From Paludibacteraceae bacterium (GTDB lineage: Bacteria; Bacillota; Negativicutes; Veillonellales; Dialisteraceae), in the NCBI GenBank assembly GCA_963597965.1, contig CAVBRV010000001.1, forward strand, positions 1 to 44,096: a DNA stretch of 44,096 nucleotides. The letters are read 5' to 3'. This document shows, one piece after another, positions 1 through 9,960 of the stretch. The notes beneath the pieces are model-generated. The model was not told the origin of the DNA, made no database searches, and saw only the letters and a program-made list of their open reading frames with translations. Made by a program: the position numbers and the translations under genes. Numbering within the stretch: position 1 is the stretch's first letter; every line of letters begins with the position of its first letter.

Positions 1-54
1 CACCAGTCACCAGTCACCAGTCACCAGTCACCAGTCACCAGTCACCAGTCACCA
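1..54. repeat. Heptamer tandem array (CACCAGT)n, cut by the window edge
   Basis: About 7.5 perfect CACCAGT units; same unit as the GTGACTG/CAGTCAC inverted arrays elsewhere in the window. Confidence 0.95.
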
Positions 55-65
55 AGTATTATATC

Positions 66-100
66 AAAAAAGACAGCCTCATTGCGAGACTGTCTTTTTT
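66..100. terminator. Rho-independent terminator downstream of pth, possibly bidirectional
   Basis: AAAAAAGACAG-N13-CTGTCTTTTTT stem-loop with A/T tails next to the pth stop. Confidence 0.8.
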
Positions 101-104
101 CGTA

Positions 105-677
105 TTATTTCTTCTTTTTCGGATTGAACGCATTCATGGCATGGTCTACGCCATGTTTCAGTGCATCTTCGATAGAATCAGCGGTGTGAATCTTGGCGTC
201 CTCAATGACCTGGATATCATCTCCATAGGGTCTTGTGAGTACGTGATCCACTACGGTATGTCCATCTTTGGGATGTCCTACACCGATGCGGAAGCGATTG
301 AACTGTTCGCTGCCCAAGTGAGCAATAAGGGATTTAATGCCATTGTGACCACCAGCGGAACCTTTTTTACGGATTCTAGTTTTTCCTGGTGGCAAATCCA
401 AATCATCACAGACGATATAAATATCATCCAAGTCGACTTTGAAATACTTGGCAATGGCCCCCACCGCTTCGCCGCTATTGTTCATGTAGGTCATAGGCTT
501 CACAAGAAGCACTTTTTCTCCATTCACAATGACCGTGGCGATTTCGGCTTTCATATCCTCTTTCCAGTTTGTCACTTTCCAGCGGTCCGCCAAGATGTCA
601 ATCACATCGAACCCCATATTATGGCGGGTATGTTCATATTCTTTTCCCGGATTTCCCAGGCCTGCTATGATTTTCAT
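105..677 (-). CDS. pth: Peptidyl-tRNA hydrolase
   Basis: GLGNPG..Y..TRHNxGF, KPxTYMNxSG and GSAGGHNGIKS motifs; ATG overlaps the prs stop. Confidence 0.97.
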   Translation of the reverse strand: MKIIAGLGNPGKEYEHTRHNMGFDVIDILADRWKVTNWKEDMKAEIATVIVNGEKVLLVKPMTYMNNSGEAVGAIAKYFKVDLDDIYIVCDDLDLPPGKTRIRKKGSAGGHNGIKSLIAHLGSEQFNRFRIGVGHPKDGHTVVDHVLTRPYGDDIQVIEDAKIHTADSIEDALKHGVDHAMNAFNPKKKK

Positions 678-1630
678 TATTTATCAAAGAGCTGGCTGAC
701 GGAAGCGTCGTGGAAAATACGGAGGATGGCTTCGCCCAGGAGCGGAGCAATGGAGAGGACAGTCAGTTTGTCCTGCATCTTTTCCTTCGGAATCGGCAGA
801 GAGTTGGTGACAATCAATTCTTTAATGTTGGAATTTTTGATTCTTTCTGTAGCCGGGTCAGTCAGGACTGGATGGCATACAGCGGCGTATACATTTCTAG
901 CGCCGTATTCAGCCAGTGCTTTTGCCCCTTCGCAAAGAGAACCAGCTGTATCGACGATATCGTCGACTACGAAGCAGTTTCTATCTTTGACATCGCCGAT
1001 GATATTCATAACTTTCGCAACGCCTGGTTCTGGACGGCGTTTTTCAATGATCGCAATCGGTGCGCCTACGCGGTCAGCCAGTTCTCTGGCTCTGGTGACA
1101 CCGCCAAGGTCTGGAGAAACGATGGTCAGGTTTTCCAGATTCTTGGATTTCACATAGTCTGCCAACAGGGAAGCAGACATCAGATGATCGACTGGTACAT
1201 TGAAGAAGCCCTGAATCTGTCCTGCATGAAGATCCATGGTGACAACGCGGGTAGCACCAGCCGCAGACATCAAATCTGCAACGAGTTTAGAAGAAATCGG
1301 TTCACGACCTCTTGTTTTACGATCCTGACGTGCGTAGCCATAGTAAGGAACTACGACGGTGATGTGACGAGCCGATGCTCTCTTCAGTGCATCAATCATG
1401 ATGAGCATTTCCATCAAATTGTCATTTACTGGTGCGCCGGTTGGCTGAATGATGAAACAATCTTTACCACGGACACTTTCATTGATCATAACCTGAATTT
1501 CGCCGTTGTTGAAACGACCACAGATTGCCTTGCCCAGCGGTACCCCGATATAGTCGGAAATTTCCTTTGCCAAAGCTGGGTGTGCGTTTCCTGTAAAAAT
1601 CTTCAATTTAGAAGTGTCTTCCATGTCCAT
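677..1630 (-). CDS. prs: Ribose-phosphate pyrophosphokinase
   Basis: PYYGYARQDRK, DLHAGQIQGFF and VVDDIVDTAGS motifs; start placed at ATG 1630 behind a GGAGAGG SD rather than at 1720. Confidence 0.96.
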   Translation of the reverse strand: MDMEDTSKLKIFTGNAHPALAKEISDYIGVPLGKAICGRFNNGEIQVMINESVRGKDCFIIQPTGAPVNDNLMEMLIMIDALKRASARHITVVVPYYGYARQDRKTRGREPISSKLVADLMSAAGATRVVTMDLHAGQIQGFFNVPVDHLMSASLLADYVKSKNLENLTIVSPDLGGVTRARELADRVGAPIAIIEKRRPEPGVAKVMNIIGDVKDRNCFVVDDIVDTAGSLCEGAKALAEYGARNVYAAVCHPVLTDPATERIKNSNIKELIVTNSLPIPKEKMQDKLTVLSIAPLLGEAILRIFHDASVSQLFDK

Positions 1631-1776
1631 TTTGCTGCCTCTCCCTTTCCTTTCAGATGAAAGTTTTGAAATATTATTTTTCTCCCCGCCGGTTACTCCC
1701 AAAACGCCGACTAGGGACACTCTGTGTATTATTATATACCAATCGATAGCGGTTTTGCCACACTTTTTTAGTTAGG

Positions 1777-1851
1777 AGTGACTGGTAGACTAGTGACTGG
1801 TGACTGGAAACCATGTTTTCCTAGTCAACAGTCACCAGTCACTAGTCACCA
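1777..1851. repeat. Inverted heptamer array pair (GTGACTR)n...(YAGTCAC)n
   Basis: GTGACTGGTAGACTAGTGACTGGTGACTGG, then GGAAAccatgTTTTCC, then CTAGTCAACAGTCACCAGTCACTAGTCACC; abuts the glmU stop. Confidence 0.9.
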
Positions 1852-1852
1852 A

Positions 1853-3232
1853 TTAATCCTTATATGTATCGTCCGTCACCCAATCTTCAATATTTTTCTG
1901 ACGAGCTCTAGCTACGGACAGAGCCTTAGATGGTACGTCTTTGGTGATGGTGGAACCAGCGGCGGTGAAGGCTCTTTCGCCGATATGAACCGGTGCCACC
2001 AGGTTGGTATTGCAACCGATGAAAGCGTGATCATCGATGGTGCAACGGTGTTTGTCTTTGCCATCGAAGTTGACTGTGACGGTACCGCAACCGAAATTGA
2101 CGTTTTTACCCAAATCAGAATCACCGCAGTAAATGAGGTGAGGTAGTTTGGTACCATCATCGACAGTAGAGTTCTTCACTTCTACGAAATTGCCAATCTT
2201 GATGTGGTCATGAAGCACTGTACCGGGGCGGAGATGAACGAATGGTCCGATTTCATTATAGTTTCCAATGGTGCATTCATGGGCGTAAACCCGGTTCAAA
2301 TGGGTAAATTCGCCGCACTTCACATCGGTGAGCTGGGTATCTGGGCCAATTTTGCAATTTTTGCCGACCACCGTATGTCCTTGGAGCATGGTGCCTGGAT
2401 AGAGGGTAGAATCCCGTCCCACTTCTACGTCCTGTTCCACATAGGTATGTTCCGGATCAATGATGCTAACCCCTGCTGCCATCAATTCTTCTGCCTTACG
2501 GAGACGAAGAATGCGGTCTGCCTGGGAGAGCTGGATACGGGAATTGACGCCCATGGTTTCGTCCGGGTCATCCGCTGCTACCGGAATGACTTTCTTGCCT
2601 GCTTTGATCATGATTTCAAACACATCGGTCAAGTAGTATTCGCCCTGGGCATTGTTGTTATTGATTTGTTTCAGCGCATCCATGAGCGCCCCTACCTGGA
2701 ATACGTAGGTGCCTGTATTGATTTCATGGACAGCCAGCTGTTCTGGGGTGCCATCTTTCTGTTCTACAATGGACGTCATATTTCCATTGGCATCCCGAAG
2801 CACGCGACCATAACCGAAAGGATTATCCAAAATAGCAGTCAAAACAGTGGCAACAGCTCCTTCTTTCTGGCAAGTTTCTGCCAGCTGGCTGATGGTTTCA
2901 CTGCGAAGAAGCGGCGTATCGCCGCAAATAACCAGCACATAGCCGTCTTTATCTTTTTCAAATTCTGGCACAGCCTGCATCACCGCATGACCGGTGCCCA
3001 GCTGTTGTTCCTGGTGGACAAAGGAAATATCCAAATCTCCCAGATAATCTCGTACCAGGTGTTCTTTGAAACCGGTGATAACCACACACTTTTCAAAGCC
3101 CCCCTTACGAACCACGTGGATGACCTGTTCCACCATAGGAACGCCGCACACCCGATGCAATACTTTCGGATAGGCAGACTTCATACGAGTCCCCTGCCCA
3201 GCGGCTAAAATCACAGCTGTTAATTCTGACAT
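1853..3232 (-). CDS. glmU: Bifunctional UDP-N-acetylglucosamine pyrophosphorylase / glucosamine-1-phosphate N-acetyltransferase
   Basis: ILAAGQGTRMKS..PKVLH, QLGTGHAV and GEYYLTD motifs, C-terminal hexapeptide repeats; GGAGG SD. Confidence 0.97.
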   Translation of the reverse strand: MSELTAVILAAGQGTRMKSAYPKVLHRVCGVPMVEQVIHVVRKGGFEKCVVITGFKEHLVRDYLGDLDISFVHQEQQLGTGHAVMQAVPEFEKDKDGYVLVICGDTPLLRSETISQLAETCQKEGAVATVLTAILDNPFGYGRVLRDANGNMTSIVEQKDGTPEQLAVHEINTGTYVFQVGALMDALKQINNNNAQGEYYLTDVFEIMIKAGKKVIPVAADDPDETMGVNSRIQLSQADRILRLRKAEELMAAGVSIIDPEHTYVEQDVEVGRDSTLYPGTMLQGHTVVGKNCKIGPDTQLTDVKCGEFTHLNRVYAHECTIGNYNEIGPFVHLRPGTVLHDHIKIGNFVEVKNSTVDDGTKLPHLIYCGDSDLGKNVNFGCGTVTVNFDGKDKHRCTIDDHAFIGCNTNLVAPVHIGERAFTAAGSTITKDVPSKALSVARARQKNIEDWVTDDTYKD

Positions 3233-3289
3233 ATTGTCCTCCTGTAACGTTACACTCTACGCGACATATTCTAATTTGAAATATGGAAA

Positions 3290-3362
3290 TGTTGTTGGTT
3301 GATAGTTGTTGGTTGTTTGAAAAATGATTTCCAAACAACTAACAACTATCAACTGGCAACTA
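3290..3362. repeat. Inverted heptamer array pair (GTTGTTR)n...(YAACAAC)n in the glmU leader
   Basis: GTTGTTGGTTGATAGTTGTTGGTTGTTTG...CAAACAACTAACAACTATCAACTGGCAAC. Confidence 0.85.
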
Positions 3363-3385
3363 TGATTTATGACTCCATAAAAAAC

Positions 3386-3414
3386 ATTGTAACAAAACCA
3401 TGGATAGATTTCAA
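3386..3414 (-). promoter_or_regulatory. Putative sigma-A promoter of glmU
   Basis: Minus strand TTGAAA-17bp-TACAAT with TG extension. Confidence 0.6.
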
Positions 3415-3432
3415 TGAATCGCAAGAGTTTTT

Positions 3433-3810
3433 TAGTGCGTAATGCGTAGTGCGTAATGATTGTAGCGGCACACAGAATTTGGAAGCACCGCCTTTTTCCA
3501 GAAGGTTGTGGTTCTGCTAATTTCGATAAATCATTCATAGAGAATATTTCGCTATAGTCCAAGGTTATTTATTGTGCCTTGCACATCTGAATCACTCAAT
3601 AAAAATACCGCCAGCAATAAGGTTATAAAAGGTTATGAAATAACCCTTTATAACCCTGTCGCTGGCGGTATTTTTGCAACTGCCTCAAAACAATTTGGCA
3701 AAATAATAACCTTTTTGATAAGCGAAATAGCAACCATGAATGCAAAAGGAATCAAAAAGGCGGTGCTTCCAAATTTGACGTGCCGTCACCACCATTTCTA
3801 ACTTCTCACT
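3433..3810. repeat. REPIN-like doublet: two inverted GTRG-hairpin units around a GGTTATAA/TTATAACC palindromic spacer, with heptamer tails
   Basis: GTAGCGGCACACAGAATTTGGAAGCACCGC (3462-3491) and GCGGTGCTTCCAAATTTGACGTGCCGTCAC (3760-3789); inner AAAAATACCGCCAGC...GCTGGCGGTATTTTT. Confidence 0.8.
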
Positions 3811-5104
3811 ATCTCACAAGGTACACATTCACCCGTTCCTTCGTTCCCCATTCATAGGCCTGCTGAAGGTTGTCAACCCCTACGTCGATAATCATGCCGT
3901 GAATGGCGCCACCGATGTCATCGCAAATGGCATACCCGTAGCCTTCGATGTAAACCACGCTCCCCAAGGGAATCACATTGGGATCCACCGCAGCGTGACC
4001 TTTCCCAGCAAAACCGCCCAACGCGGTACGACCATCTCCATTACCGTCCATGGGCGCATAGGCGGTGGATTTCATATGAAATATTTTCTTATAGCGACCA
4101 GTAAACCGCGGAGCGCTATCCAATCGGTCCCACACATCGCCGTCCGCAATGCCGGTACGAGACAAATTTTCTTCGGCCTGAAGCTGGCGCACCGCTTCCG
4201 CCGTGCCTTCTCCATAAACACCATCCACGGAACCCGGGTCATAGCCATGAAGAAGCAATTTATTTTGCAAGCGAATGACTTTATTTCCTGAATCCCCGAT
4301 CGATAAAGTATAATCTCCGGTACTATCGCCATAGGCCTGATTCAAAGTCACCAATGTTTTGTGATTCACTTCGCCAGTCACGCGGAGACCTTCATCTTTT
4401 TGGAAACTCCGCACCGCCATGGCGGTTTGGCCGCCATAAACGCCATCTGCCATACCGTCCAGGTAATCTAGTCGAATTAATTTCCGCTGAATCGATTCCA
4501 CTTCACTTCCTGTATCACCAATGCAAAAGGCACCAGGTTCATGAGCCGTAGTAGCTGCTGGGGTTTCTTCCTGAAAAGTAGAGTTGGAAATTTCTTCGCC
4601 CTCTACTTCCTTCAGTGCACTATAGGTCATTTCATCAATGGCCCCAGACACGGGGAAATCATGGGCCCGCTGAAAGGCTTCTACCGCATGGACCGTGTCT
4701 TGTCCATACACGCCATCCACATCGCCTTTGAGATAGCCGGCGGCCTGGAGTTTCTGCTGCATATCGGAAATCATACTTCCCCGATTTCCTTCCGCATAGA
4801 CTACACCGCCCCCATTGCGGTAGCCTTCGCCTTCGGCCTCTCGGATGGCTTCTTGCGTAGCATCATCTGCTTTCCCTGTGGCAGGAAGTCCTTTGGCCTT
4901 TTGAAATAACAAAACTGCTTCTTTTGTGGTGGACCCATAATCGCCGTCCACCGTACGTGCTAAGTATCCCGCAGCCACCAGAGAATTTTGCAAATCAGCC
5001 ACTTCGCTGCCACTCATTCCCGCTTGTAAGGTTTCTGCTGAAACACCCATGGACGCCATCAGCCACATAGCCATAGCGCAACTCCATGTATATAAGGCAC
5101 GCAT
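3809..5104 (-). CDS. Secreted protein with four PG_binding_1-type repeats and a C-terminal 3D domain (putative cell-wall lytic enzyme)
   Basis: Signal peptide; four repeats of LQ..L...GY....DGxYG..T..AV..FQ....L..TG; C-terminal STAY...AVDPNVIPLGS.VYIEGYG...DDIGGAI.G..IDV. Confidence 0.88.
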   Translation of the reverse strand: MRALYTWSCAMAMWLMASMGVSAETLQAGMSGSEVADLQNSLVAAGYLARTVDGDYGSTTKEAVLLFQKAKGLPATGKADDATQEAIREAEGEGYRNGGGVVYAEGNRGSMISDMQQKLQAAGYLKGDVDGVYGQDTVHAVEAFQRAHDFPVSGAIDEMTYSALKEVEGEEISNSTFQEETPAATTAHEPGAFCIGDTGSEVESIQRKLIRLDYLDGMADGVYGGQTAMAVRSFQKDEGLRVTGEVNHKTLVTLNQAYGDSTGDYTLSIGDSGNKVIRLQNKLLLHGYDPGSVDGVYGEGTAEAVRQLQAEENLSRTGIADGDVWDRLDSAPRFTGRYKKIFHMKSTAYAPMDGNGDGRTALGGFAGKGHAAVDPNVIPLGSVVYIEGYGYAICDDIGGAIHGMIIDVGVDNLQQAYEWGTKERVNVYLVR

Positions 5105-5169
5105 TCTTTCACCTCCAATAAACTTGCATCTATCAATAATTCATCACATGCAGTAAAAAAGATAGCCGC

Positions 5170-5227
5170 AGTGACCGGTAGACTAGTGACTGGAATATTT
5201 TTTCCTAGTCACCAGTCACTAGTCATC
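5170..5227. repeat. Inverted heptamer array pair (GTGACTR family)
   Basis: GTGACCGGTAGACTAGTGACTGG...CTAGTCACCAGTCACTAGTCA. Confidence 0.85.
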
Positions 5228-5290
5228 AACCTACACCACCTCATTTTCATAACGTATGAGGTGCATAACATTTCTAACTGCAATCTCCAT

Positions 5291-5319
5291 ATTTTACCAT
5301 TTCTTGTCAATTTTGTAAA
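5291..5319 (-). promoter_or_regulatory. Putative sigma-A promoter of the PG-binding/3D gene
   Basis: Minus strand TTTACA-17bp-TAAAAT with TG extension. Confidence 0.55.
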
Positions 5320-5842
5320 AAATAGTGGAAAACCCTTCTTCTTTTGCCTACAAGTGAAACGGTGTTTCTCCGTGCTTTCTTCCTTGTAATTCTCGATATT
5401 TTCGGTGGGAAATCGGTTGTGAAAAAGGAATGTTTTTCTCTTTTTCCTGCTCGAATTTTTGAGAAAGTGGAGAATGGTGTTCTAAGGGTTCTCGCTCCAT
5501 TGAAAATCTTGCGATTTCCTCGGAGCGAGAACCCATGCCGCTAGAGAAAATGCAAGATATTCCCCTTGTTCGCTACTCTGGACGCCTATTTTTCTTGTCT
5601 CACATCGCATTCAAAACTTCAGTGCGAGCTATCCCCTGCTTTATTCGCTTCGCTCATACGCTATCCCCTTCCAAAGGAAGGGGATTTTTGGGTGCCTAGA
5701 ACCTTTAGAACCCTTAAATGCACGTTCCATCTCCATGTCCCTCCAACCACTCCACCGCTACAGAACCTTTGCATACACGTTCCGCCTCCCTGTTCCTCCA
5801 GCCACTCCACCGCTACAGCTCCCATCTATCCAAAAATTTTAT

Positions 5843-5871
5843 TTGTCCATGCAGCATAAAAATAATATAAT
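5843..5871 (+). promoter_or_regulatory. Putative sigma-A promoter of the symporter gene
   Basis: TTGTCC-17bp-TATAAT. Confidence 0.6.
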
Positions 5872-5931
5872 AGGTAAGATATATGCATGATTTGTATTTC
5901 AAATATTTTCTACAATGAGGAGGAGGTCTTT

Positions 5932-7344
5932 ATGGAAACGCTTAACGCTGTTGTTTCCTCCATCAATGATTTTCTATGGTCATCGGTGATTATTATTTTA
6001 TTGGTCGGTGCGGGATTTTATTTCACCATTCGCACCAAAGGCGTGCAGGTCCGGTATTTCAAACGCATGCTGCAACTCATTGGTCATACAGCCGGCACGA
6101 AAACGAAGGGAAATGAAATTTCTCCTTTCCAAGCATTCTGTGTCAGTACCGCCTCTCGTGTAGGCGTAGGAAATATCGCGGGTATCGCTATCGCCATCAC
6201 TTCTGGCGGCCCTGGGGCTATTTTCTGGATGTGGTTCATTGCTGTCATCGGTTCCGCTACGGGTTTTGTAGAAAGTACATTGGCTCAGATTTACAAAGTG
6301 CCTCGGGAAGATGGAAATGGATTCCGCGGCGGCCCAGCTTATTATTTGAAAAATGGTCTCGGTCATGGACTTTGGGCAGCACTCTTTGCGATTTTGATTT
6401 CTGTCACCTATGGTATGATTTATAATTCCGTCCAGTCCAATACCATTGCACTGGCTCTCTCCAGTTCTTTGGGATTTGACCGCATGATCGTCGGTGGCGT
6501 GGTCACTGTGCTGGCTATGCTGGTCATTTGCGGCGGCATGGGCCGTATCGCTCGTGTCACCGAATGGATGGTACCTGTGATGGCAGGCATTTACATCCTG
6601 ATTACTCTTGGCATCATGATTTTCAATATCACAGAAATGCCTCGCGTTTTCGGTATCATTCTCCGCGATGCCTTTGATTTTCAGGCTGTCTTCGGTGGTG
6701 GCATGGGCGCGGCCGTCCTCACTGGTTTCAAACGGGGCCTCTTCTCCAATGAAGCCGGCGAAGGTTCTGTACCAAATGCAGCCGCTACAGCGGACGCTAG
6801 CCATCCCGCTGTGCAGGGGCTCATCCAGGCATTCGGCGTGTATGTAGATACTCTCTTCATTTGCTCCGCTTCTGCTTTCATCGTTCTTCTGACCGGCGAT
6901 TATGCGTCCACTGGTCTCACCGGTATCGAACTCATTCAGTGGGACTTGGCGCAATACTTCGGACCTATGGCACCAAAAGCCGTTTCCATTCTGATTTTCC
7001 TCTTCGCTTTCACTTCCCTCATCGGAAATTACTATTATGGCGAAATCAATATCGGTCATCTGTCTACTAAGAAATGGCCGCTAAACCTGTTCCGCGTGTG
7101 CATTGCTATCATGATTTTCTGGGGCTCCATGGCCGACCTTCCTGTCGTTTGGAACCTGGCTGACCTCTTCATGGCTTTCATGGTTCTCACCAACGTGACC
7201 GCTATCCTCATTCTTTTCCCACAAGCCAATGCGGCTTTGAAAGATTACGAGAAACAGCTCAAAGAAGGAATCAAAGTCCCAACGTTCCACAGAAAAGTTC
7301 TCCCCCATCTGAAAGGGGTGTATTGGTGGGATGATAAAGAATAA
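5932..7344 (+). CDS. Alanine/glycine:cation symporter (AGCS family)
   Basis: RVGVGNIAGIAIAI..GGPGAIFWMW, GGPAYY and KRGLFSNEAG.GS motifs, many TM segments; start at ATG 5932 after GAGGAGGAGG. Confidence 0.93.
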   Translation: METLNAVVSSINDFLWSSVIIILLVGAGFYFTIRTKGVQVRYFKRMLQLIGHTAGTKTKGNEISPFQAFCVSTASRVGVGNIAGIAIAITSGGPGAIFWMWFIAVIGSATGFVESTLAQIYKVPREDGNGFRGGPAYYLKNGLGHGLWAALFAILISVTYGMIYNSVQSNTIALALSSSLGFDRMIVGGVVTVLAMLVICGGMGRIARVTEWMVPVMAGIYILITLGIMIFNITEMPRVFGIILRDAFDFQAVFGGGMGAAVLTGFKRGLFSNEAGEGSVPNAAATADASHPAVQGLIQAFGVYVDTLFICSASAFIVLLTGDYASTGLTGIELIQWDLAQYFGPMAPKAVSILIFLFAFTSLIGNYYYGEINIGHLSTKKWPLNLFRVCIAIMIFWGSMADLPVVWNLADLFMAFMVLTNVTAILILFPQANAALKDYEKQLKEGIKVPTFHRKVLPHLKGVYWWDDKE

Positions 7345-7531
7345 TTATAAGGGCTGATAGTTAAGTTACTTAGGTTGCTAAGGGTTCTCAGGTTATACTC
7401 TTTGATTCCGATTGTCTCACAATCAGATGATTTGGAAATCTGAAAAGGTTATGATTCTGCCATGTCCTATGTTCTCACATAGAGAACATTCGGATAGTGG
7501 ATGGGGGGTATAAAGGTTATGTAAGGTTATA

Positions 7532-7569
7532 AAAAGCCGCAAGCATGATGTTTCGTGCTTGCGGCTTTT
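7532..7569. terminator. Probable bidirectional terminator between the converging symporter gene and his operon
   Basis: AAAAGCCGCAAGCA-loop-TGCTTGCGGCTTTT. Confidence 0.75.
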
Positions 7570-7618
7570 GTGTTTTGGTAGCTAGTGACTAGTGACTGGT
7601 GACTAGGGATTAGGAAAT

Positions 7619-7811
7619 CGTCATTTCGACCGATGGAATTCGTGCAAGAAGAGTTCTATGGTGCTAAGCGACTATGTTGGACAAAAGTGGAGAAATCTTG
7701 AGGTTCTATCGAAAACAGCATTATCCTCACAAGATTTCTCCACTTCTGTCTAACATGGTCGCAGAAAAGCAATAGATTCATCCAGCACAAATCCCGTCGG
7801 TCGAAATGACG
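7619..7811. repeat. ~193-bp palindromic element, family B, bracketed by GTGACTR arrays (7577-7614, 7836-7862)
   Basis: CGTCATTTCGACCGATGG...GTGGAGAAATCTTG-spacer-CAAGATTTCTCCAC...CGGTCGAAATGACG. Confidence 0.9.
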
Positions 7812-7942
7812 GATTGACATAGCTATCTGTATTCCCAGTCACTAGTCACCAGTCACTAGTCGCCCAAATAAAAGAGCGGCGCTTCCAAATTTGACGCGCC
7901 GCACCTGAATTACTCATTATTCATTACTCATTCATCATTGCA

Positions 7943-8620
7943 TTAGAAGATTTTATCCTGATGTCCTACTTTTTTCTTATTTCCTTTTTTCTCATCCCGG
8001 TCTTCCAATTTTTTCATGATGTCATACAAATCGACCCCGGAATTTTCCCACATCACCATGAGATGATAGAGCAGGTCACAGGATTCGTCGATGATTTCTT
8101 CTTTATCCTGGTGCTGGTCGGCGATGATGACTTCTGAGGCCTCTTCGCCGATTTTCTTATCAATCTTATTCTTGCCTTCCGACTGGAGATAATTGGTATA
8201 AGACTTTTCCTGTGGATGGAGACGGCGATCTTTGATTTCTTCAAAGAGGATGTGAAGGATGGACAGATTGCCTTCTGCCTCTTTATTCTCCCAGCCCACA
8301 AGGCTACGGTAGAAACAGGAGCGATTGTTCGTATGGCAAGCCGGGCCGTCTGGAATGACCTGTACCACCAGGGTGTCAGCATCGCAATCCACGTAAATTC
8401 GTTTCACATGCTGGAAATGGGCCGACTCTTCGCCCTTGTGCCAGAGCTTCTGCCGGCTACGACTGAAGAACCATGTCTCTCCACTATCGATTGTCTTCTG
8501 CAGAGATTCTGCATTCATGTAAGCCACCATAAGCACTTCCCCACTCCGTGCATCCTGCACTACGGCAGGGATGAGGCCGCTTGTATCGTATTTGATGTCG
8601 TTTATGTTTACAAGTTCCAT
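7943..8620 (-). CDS. hisIE: Bifunctional phosphoribosyl-AMP cyclohydrolase / phosphoribosyl-ATP pyrophosphatase
   Basis: [25 protein letters not shown] and [14 protein letters not shown] motifs. Confidence 0.96.
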   Translation of the reverse strand: MELVNINDIKYDTSGLIPAVVQDARSGEVLMVAYMNAESLQKTIDSGETWFFSRSRQKLWHKGEESAHFQHVKRIYVDCDADTLVVQVIPDGPACHTNNRSCFYRSLVGWENKEAEGNLSILHILFEEIKDRRLHPQEKSYTNYLQSEGKNKIDKKIGEEASEVIIADQHQDKEEIIDESCDLLYHLMVMWENSGVDLYDIMKKLEDRDEKKGNKKKVGHQDKIF

Positions 8621-8640
8621 ATTGATTTCCCTCTCTTAAA

Positions 8641-8846
8641 AGTTGGCAGTTAGCAGTTAGCAGTTGGCAGAAAAGTCAGCCCTACCGCTAAAGAAACACT
8701 ATAAGAAAAATTGGTAGTGCTGAGAAATTTCTCCACTTCTGTCTCTCATAGCTCTGAATTACACCACAGATCCATCAAGCACAAATCCCATCGGTCGAAA
8801 TGACGGATAGGGCTACTGTCTACTGCTAACGGCAAACTGCCTACTA
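8641..8846. repeat. Half family-B element (8724-8805) bracketed by (GCAGTTR)n...(YAACTGC)n arrays, inside the his operon
   Basis: ATTTCTCCAC...GCACAAATCCCATCGGTCGAAATGACG between AGTTGGCAGTTAGCAGTTAGCAG and CTACTGCTAACGGCAAACTGCC. Confidence 0.85.
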
Positions 8847-8848
8847 AA

Positions 8849-9604
8849 TTATCTTCTCACTGCCACTCCATGTTCCGTCAAATATTTCTTGAGTTCCGGA
8901 ATCCCAATTTCCCCGAAATGAAAGACAGAAGCCGCAAGGGCGGCATCGGCACCGGCCTGAAAAGCGTGGAGGAAATCTTCCATTTTCCCTGCGCCGCCGG
9001 AGGCAATGACGGGGATGGAGAGTGTGTCAGACAGGACTCGCATGAGTTCTAGGTCATAGCCCTGTTTTTCGCCATCCGAATCCATAGAGTTCATGCAAAT
9101 TTCTCCGGCACCCAGTTCCATGCCTTTTCTGGCCCATTCGACTACGGAAATACCCGTATTCTTGCGGCCCCCTTCGACGTACACATCCCAGCCACCTTGG
9201 CTGTTTCGTTTCCCGTCGATGGAAAGAACCACGCACTGGTTGCCGAAACGCTCCGCACTTTCCTGAATGATTTCGGGATGCATGACGGCTGCCGAATTGA
9301 CAGAGACCTTATCTGCCCCAGCGAGAAGCATGGTGCGGAAATCATCAGCTTTCCGAATCCCGCCGCCTACAGTAAAGGGGATGGTCAGCTCTTCCGCAAT
9401 GGCTTTCACCGTCTCTACGAACGTCTCCCGCCCTTCGTGGGTGGCGGTGATGTCGTAGAACACCAATTCATCGGCGCCGGAATCAGAATAATATTTTCCT
9501 AAAGTCACCGGATCATCCACGTCTTGTAAATTTTGAAACTGCTTTCCCTTCACCACCCGGCCATGATTCACGTCTAAGCAGGGAATGATTCGTTTCGCAA
9601 GCAT
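8849..9604 (-). CDS. hisF: Imidazole glycerol phosphate synthase, cyclase subunit
   Basis: [30 protein letters not shown] and IASGGAG motifs. Confidence 0.97.
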   Translation of the reverse strand: MLAKRIIPCLDVNHGRVVKGKQFQNLQDVDDPVTLGKYYSDSGADELVFYDITATHEGRETFVETVKAIAEELTIPFTVGGGIRKADDFRTMLLAGADKVSVNSAAVMHPEIIQESAERFGNQCVVLSIDGKRNSQGGWDVYVEGGRKNTGISVVEWARKGMELGAGEICMNSMDSDGEKQGYDLELMRVLSDTLSIPVIASGGAGKMEDFLHAFQAGADAALAASVFHFGEIGIPELKKYLTEHGVAVRR

Positions 9605-9632
9605 ATCATCTCACCGTTTCCCTTTCGTTTTT

Positions 9633-9960
9633 AAGTGCGTAATGCGAAGTGCGTAATGAAGGTGGCGGCGCATCAATTCATATAGCACCGCAATACCCCT
9701 TTTTTATAAAGGTTATTATTCTGCTGCTTTCTATAGCAAACACAGTGATATAAAACGCTACTATCAAGGTTAATAAGGTTATAACGGGTTATGCAATTTC
9801 GCTAGTTTCATAACCCTCAATAACCCTTTTAACCTTTTGATAAACTGTATTTTCTCTTTGTAAAACATAACAATTCCGTAGAATAATACCCTGATATATC
9901 TCGCGGCGCTTCCAAATTTGACGCGCCGCACCTTCATTTCTAACTTCTCACTTCTAACTA
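9633..9960. repeat. REPIN-like doublet between hisA and hisF
   Basis: GTGGCGGCGCATCAATTCATATAGCACCGC (9662-9691) and GCGGCGCTTCCAAATTTGACGCGCCGCAC (9903-9931), GGTTATAA/ATAACC core, heptamer tails. Confidence 0.8.

Noticed and set aside
1645..1680. Possible CodY boxes in AT-rich leaders (also near 17175 and 42465)
   Set aside because: Four or more mismatches to AATTTTCWGAAAATT in AT-rich background; not supportable
7577..7862. CRISPR array interpretation of the repeats
   Set aside because: The repeats are inverted or short tandem, not regularly spaced direct repeats with unique spacers, and no cas genes are present
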